From Zootoca vivipara (taxonomy: Eukaryota): DNA of 64,000 nt. Below the pieces are notes generated by a model. It did not search any database. It saw nothing but the letters and a program-made list of their open reading frames with translations, and was not told the origin of the DNA. Shown piece after piece: positions 58,155 through 64,000 of the stretch (position 1 is its first letter; each line of letters begins with the position of its first letter). Location of the stretch: assembly GCF_963506605.1 (NCBI RefSeq), contig NC_083277.1, positions 74,214,001 through 74,278,000 of the forward strand, written 5' to 3'. A program made the translations under genes and the position numbers.

Positions 58155-60245
58155 GGAAAGAATTTGACATTTGATATTTCAGAGAAAGCACTGAAGCATC
58201 AAAGCAATCATTATGGGGAAAACCTGAACTTTCTTAGACTTCCTTACACTCCATTACACAATTTCCCCCATTTTTCTGTTCTTTTATTGTTACTTACCCC
58301 ACCTAAACCAAGAAATATCCTACTAACATAGATCAATATAATCTGAGAAAATCAGATCCTGTAATGTGTTGACATGAGATACATGCGTGTAGATTTTGTG
58401 TAAGTTTTGTGTCATTTGAAGATTTCAGCATACGTGTAAGTTTTGTGTCATTTGAAAAATATAAATTTATTTTACCATTTAGTATTGTTTTTATTTTGAA
58501 TCATATACGGTGGACCCCATAAACTTTTCAGTGCTTAGAGCCTCTAAAGGTATTAATCTGGCCCTGGAGCTATGGTCCCTCATTTACTTTAACATTTCTA
58601 TCTTGCTTTTCTTTTTCAAAAGTAGTAATAAGCTGCACCAACTTTGGAAATATTTTTCAAAAATGTAAGTAATAACAATTACATTTTTTTACTGCTCTAT
58701 TGCTAAAGCATTGAGGATGGCAAAAAAAGTTTTAAATGAGACAAGCCTAGTATGTATTAAAATCAGACCTTGCTTCCATCCTTTGATTATCTTGAACACA
58801 AAGTTCTTTTTAAAAAAAGAAGAAGAAAAGAAAAAGTGATAAAATACTTAAGTAAATTGAAATTGAGTGAATCTGAGGGAGTCTGTGTGTCTTGGGAGGT
58901 CAAAGGATCAGAAGGCTACTGTCAGATGTTCAATGAATATAAGAAACAAATCAGTTTAAAGTGCAAATAGTATACAGGTCAGATGTGGGAAGCAAAGTGT
59001 TGCTGAAATCACCAGACCAGATGTACTTGAAAAGCAACATTATTTGTTACACCAACAGCACTGTTGCCAGAGGCTGGAAACTGGTTTGGATCCTGTTTTA
59101 TTAGTGAGGCAAACAATAGGTGTTTTATATAATTCCCATAATGTTCCTCCCACATCTCTCACCCCACCTTTGAAATTAACCATACAAAAAACGAGGCAAC
59201 GCACCTCTCACCAAGGGGGAAAAGAGCCATGGGAATATGAAAAGGGTGTGCAAATGGTAATTGTGCTGTAGTTGTTACATTTATTCTGAAGCCACACAAG
59301 ACAGTGACCAGACACGTAATCACAGCATTCATGATTTTTCCATGATGGAGGCCTTGTTCATAGACATATTTTCCTACATGCATATGAAAAGGGTCAGATG
59401 TGAAAAGGCTTGTTTTGAACATCAAACTCAGTGAGGTTGCTTAGCTGCTACACTAGATCAGAATGCAGCTTTACTTGCCCTTCTGCAATGATTAAGACAA
59501 TGTGCATATCTATGGGTGTGAGTCTACAAACAATGTGAGGAGAAACAACAACAGCAATGACAACAACTACAGTAGGTGTTAGCTTCCCTGTTGAATATAT
59601 CAGCTTGCCCTGCTGGTTTGCCACAACCTTATGTCTTTCAGCCTCTGCCTACACATTGCCTTCCAAATCTCTGATGGAGCAGATTACGTTAGGCGAGTTA
59701 GAACTGCCCATTTCCATCCAGCTCGGCTCTGCATTTCCTCAAATGAAAAAACAAATACTCTCTACACTGTAAAACATTACTGTAAAACATTATGAAGAAA
59801 AGAGGGGAGTGTGTGTGTGTGGGGGGGAACACTACGAAGGTTTCTGGTGACTGTCATGATGTGTCAAGAAAGAATGTCACAAGTCCTATTGTGGTCGTTC
59901 CTCCTCAGTGTCTTCCCTCTAGATTTGTCCGAACTCAGCCTTCAGTCTTGTCTTGGCCATTCTAGATAAGGAAAACTTGTCCGGTTGTAAAATGGCAGCC
60001 TTCCACAAACTGGTTGTAGGATTCCAGCTCCCACCAGCCCCTGCCTACCCACCCAGCAACAGGTCGAGGGTCCCAGGTACCCCCCTCCAGACCTAAGGGG
60101 GAAATGAGAAGGATGGCAGAAGGGGTGGTGGTGGTGGTGGTACGTGCACACTGTATGAGCGCCACCCTCCCATTGCGCAAATGCAGCCTACACAGCCTTT
60201 TGACTGTGTATCCATTTCAGGATGACACCTTGCACCTCTCCTTTG

Positions 60246-60335
60246 CATAGCTGCCAAGTTTTCCCTTTTCTCGCGAGGAAGCCTATTCAGCATAAGGGAA
60301 AATCCCTTTTAAAAAGGGAGAACTTGGCAGCTATG
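60246..60335. mobile_element. 90-bp hAT-type MITE
   Basis: TIR catagctgccaagtt / aacttggcagctatg; perfect 8-bp TSD ctcctttg (60238-45 and 60336-43). Confidence 0.88.
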
Positions 60336-61439
60336 CTCCTTTGCCGAAGTATACAGTTTACAGCACATTACCTCACAGAGTTCTTGTGGGGGTGAAAAGG
60401 GAGAGGGGGAGACCCATGTATGCTTTGGAGGAAAAGTGAATGTGTAAACGTAATGGTAACTAAAATGATAAAAACGAGAATTTTTACAACAGGAGGGGTT
60501 ACTTGCAAGGAAGTATCATGTTACACAGCTTTAACATAGGATGAGGGAACTGCCGCCTTCCAGCGTAAAAGGCTAACAGACTCCTGGAAGTCCTTGGGTT
60601 TATTAATCTAGTTTCCTTGGCAATATTGGGCAATAATACCGAACCTGTTCATTTAAAAGCAAAAACAAATCATCTGTTAGAGTGATTGCATTTGCACAAA
60701 AAACACAAGTTTGCCCTTCCTTCAGTTTTATATTCTCACCCATTGCAGCACAGGCAAACAATAACACACATCTGTAATGAATGCCAAATGCAATTATCTG
60801 CAGCACCACCTCCACTAATGCCAGAAGTGGCTATTTTAGCAGAGCTCCAAATCTGCTGTCTTCTGCTGCAGCCATCACTGTGTACTTTGGAGCATATCAC
60901 ACTGGGTTTTCCATTTTTAAATGGCTTCATGCATACTTCATCTCTCTGGAGCTGATTATTGGTGGGAATTGCTTTCATTAGAATTATGCCTATGCTGCAT
61001 GCCATTCTTATGGTCTTTAAAAGAAAGGATTCTGTCAATACATCTGGAGAGATCAGAGTTCAAGGGGAAAGGGGTTGGTAGTGGCTTATGCCTCTTTAGA
61101 GCTACAGTGTCAGGTGAATGCATAGAGCTTTCAGGTGTAAGTCTATCAGTGACCCTGGTTTTTTTACTTTGCATATTATGACATTTATATCTGCCCTCTA
61201 AGGAAGCTCTTGCCATCACCGACAAATCCTCTGTGGGCTGAACCAGCCAGATGAAAGCACAATGGGTGGTTATGGGGACAATTGTTGTTTGGTTGTTTGG
61301 GATGTGCTATGGACTCATGACTCCCTACTCTACATTTCTCCTCCCCTTCCTGGCTTGCTGTAACCATAGTTTGCTGTGGCATCCAAACACAAATTATGGT
61401 TATTGCTAACCATATTGTTACATGCCACCCCATTCTCTG

Positions 61440-62780
61440 AACGGTGAGAGATTCCAGGGGTTCCAAGCACTTACCCAGAGACTGGTTTCCTCAGAATGAA
61501 GGAATGACACGAGGTTGTGGTGTCTTTAGGATATATAGTTTTTATTTACACATAAATACAACCTGAACATAGGATGGAGGGGCTCACAGCATTAACAGCC
61601 CAACATATCTTGCTCCTCCATTAGTCACAGCTTTACAGTAGATCAAGTTTGCAGATGACACCAAATTGGGAGGGGTGGCTAACACCCCAGAGGACAGAAT
61701 CACACTTCAAAATGACCTTAACAGATTAGACAACTGGGCCAAAGCAAACAAGATGAATTTTAACAAGGAGAAATGTAAAGTACTACACTTGGGCAAAAAA
61801 AAAATAAAAAATGAAAGGCACAAATACAGGATGGGTGACACCTGGCTTGAGAGCAGTACATGTGAAAAGGATCTAGGAGTCTTGGTAGACCACAAACTTG
61901 ACATGAGTCAACAGTGTGATGCAGCAGCTAAATAAGCCAATGCAATTCTGGGCTGCGTCAATAGGTGTACAGCGTCTAGATCAAGGGAAGTAATAGTACC
62001 ACTGTATTCTGCTCTGGTCAGACCTCACCTGGAGTACTGTGTCCAGTTCTGGGCACCACAGTTCAAGAAGGATACTGACAAGCTGGAACGTGTCCAGAAG
62101 AGGGCAACCAAAATGGTCAAAGGCTTGGAAACAATGCTTTTTGAGGAACGGCTTAGGGAGCTGGGTATATTTAGCCTGGAGAAGAGAAGGTTAAGGGGTG
62201 ATATGATAGCCATGTTCAAATATATAAAATGATGTCATATAGAGGAGGGTGAAAGGTGGTTTTCTGCTGCTCCAGAGAAGCGGACACGGAGCAATGGATT
62301 CAAACTACAAGAAAGAAGCTGTTCGACAGTGGAATTTGCTGCCAAGAAGTGTGGTGGAGTCTCCTTCTTTGGAGGTCTTTAAGTGGAGGCTTGACAGCCA
62401 TATGTCAAGAATGCTTTGATGGTGTTTCCTGCTTGGCAGGGGGTTGGACTGGATGGCCCTTGTGGTCTCTTCCAGCTCTATGATTCTATGATTCTAAACA
62501 TGTCTCTGTGTCCTCAGCTTCCAATTCACATGCACACACCTCTGCTGTTATTCTCCTATCTAGCACTTGAACAGGGTTGAAGGCCCACGCATTTGTTCCA
62601 TGGCACAGGGCAATTTTTTGGGTTATCCTAATCAAGGTACTTAATGAGCCAGCCAAAGCCATTTTGCCTTAATTAAGGAACTGGTTTGGCAAGCTTGCTA
62701 ATCCCACAGACGCAGGATACCAAGAACTGGAAGGGACTCCGGGCGTCATCCAAACTGACACCCCCTCCCAACTCATAACA
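61440..62780 (-). mobile_element. Possible solo LTR interrupted by the CR1 fragment (left boundary uncertain)
   Basis: The minus strand begins tgttatgagttggg at 62780 and has AATAAA near 61541; the sequence on both sides of the CR1 has an LTR-like character. Confidence 0.35.
61642..62496 (+). mobile_element. 5'-truncated CR1 LINE (reverse-transcriptase C-terminus and 3' end), inactivated
   Basis: Translates KFADDTKLGG...LQNDLNRL..W...MNFNKEKCKVLHLG...EKDLGVLVD.KL.MSQQC...[19 protein letters not shown] with in-frame stops; ends (ATTCTATG)n. Confidence 0.96.
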
Positions 62781-64000
62781 AAAATTTGTCCAAATTGGAA
62801 ATCCACTTCAAAAACCATGGCTTTGGATTTTATGATGGAGGCACACTTTGGTAACCAGGAAGCAGAGGACGGAATTGGAACATCTGCGGGGGGGGGGGAG
62901 AGGAAGACCTGAGGGCAAATTTCTGACAGCCTTGGCTATGGCATCTGAATTGAGCCAATAGGTCTCAGCCTAACCTCCTTCATGGGGCAGGTAACTTGTC
63001 AAGGACTTTACAGATTGTGTGAGAATGGGCAAAACATCTGAGTCATGTCTGGGTGTGGCAGCTAAGAGGGGAAAACCTGGGGCAAGGAACAAGGTGGCAT
63101 GAGGAGGCTGTGTGAATTTGTGAGGAGAGTGGGGCAGGGGCAGAGAGGCACAATAGCTGGGAGTCATCATGAAGAGAAGGGCAAGCAGGCAGAAAGCCTG
63201 AGAATTGGAAGGGTAGGAGCATCTAGTCCAGAAATAGAGCAACTGTGTACCTAAGATATGGCAGGCAGGAGGGAGTTATCAGTGATCCAGAACAGTCAAG
63301 AAGGAATGCAGCTCAAGATAGCTGAGGCTGTGAATAAAAGGTAGAACTACCGGTAAAGAGAAGAATCAAGAAGATGTGGAAATCAGTGTGGAAAAGAGGA
63401 ATGAACTAAGGGCTTAACCTGTTTGATCATTGCATGTTTACTGAAAAGCAAGTCCCACTGAGTTCAACTCCCAAATGAGTGTACAAAGGATTGTAGCCTA
63501 AATGTTTGTGGGAAAACATGGAGTTCTGTGGTCTTGGGTAATACGGAAGGGAGAAGTGTCAAATACCTGGAAGAGTGGAAATTCAGCGCAGTCATAAAGT
63601 AAGCTAATGGGCAGGTGGTAGAATGGTAAACTATGATGGAAGTTACCCAAGTTCCGATCCCCACTTGACCATGAAGTTCCCTGGGGGCAACCATGGACTG
63701 ATCAGTATCTCTCCGTCTAACATACGTCACAGTGAAGGACCATGTGCACTATCTTGATATCCTTGGAGAGAAGGCAGGATTTAAATGTAATTGATAAGAG
63801 CATGCTTGAACCAAGAGTGTCCTACACTACTATATATTTCTTTTTGGGGGCGGGGGTGGGGATGTGCTTTTTAATGGATTTTTGCAGTAGCCAAATCAAG
63901 AATGTGCAAGCCACCAGGGAGTGAAATCACAGGACAAAGAAAACCAGGCTTGCTTGTTATGAAATCTGCAATTTCATTGAGGGTGGCAGAAGGCGATTTT

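Noticed and set aside
61666-61935. 89-aa reverse-transcriptase-like ORF as a host gene
   Set aside because: Part of a 5'-truncated CR1 copy with in-frame stops.

Overview
Eukaryotic (vertebrate) genomic DNA from a squamate reptile, most likely a lacertid lizard, judged from the Sauria SINE, Squam3-like SINEs, CR1 LINEs and hAT/Tc-mariner MITEs. The window holds the 5' part of CPEB4 (cytoplasmic polyadenylation element-binding protein 4) on the minus strand. It includes the CpG-island promoter (~42.2-43.2 kb), a long uATG-rich 5' leader, coding exon 1 (41180-40056), exon 2 (28029-27948), the 24-nt neuronal microexon (7417-7394) and the 174-nt exon starting RRM1 (298-125); the gene continues off the left edge. 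About 21 kb of repeat-rich intergenic DNA lies upstream. Almost all other ORFs in the track are spurious. Most notable observations: (1) a 2.6-kb TA-flanked Tc/mariner-type MITE in the post-microexon intron carrying a ~17-unit tandem array built from alternating GC-rich palindromes; (2) I could not find the canonical 51-nt CPEB4 exon 3 by eye, but an unrelated in-frame 51/54-nt candidate exon lies upstream of the microexon; (3) a candidate internal start exon that would give a short RRM-only CPEB4; (4) strong splice sites inside the uORF-laden 5' leader, suggesting splicing could remove the uORFs. All transcript-level claims are inferences that need RNA data.
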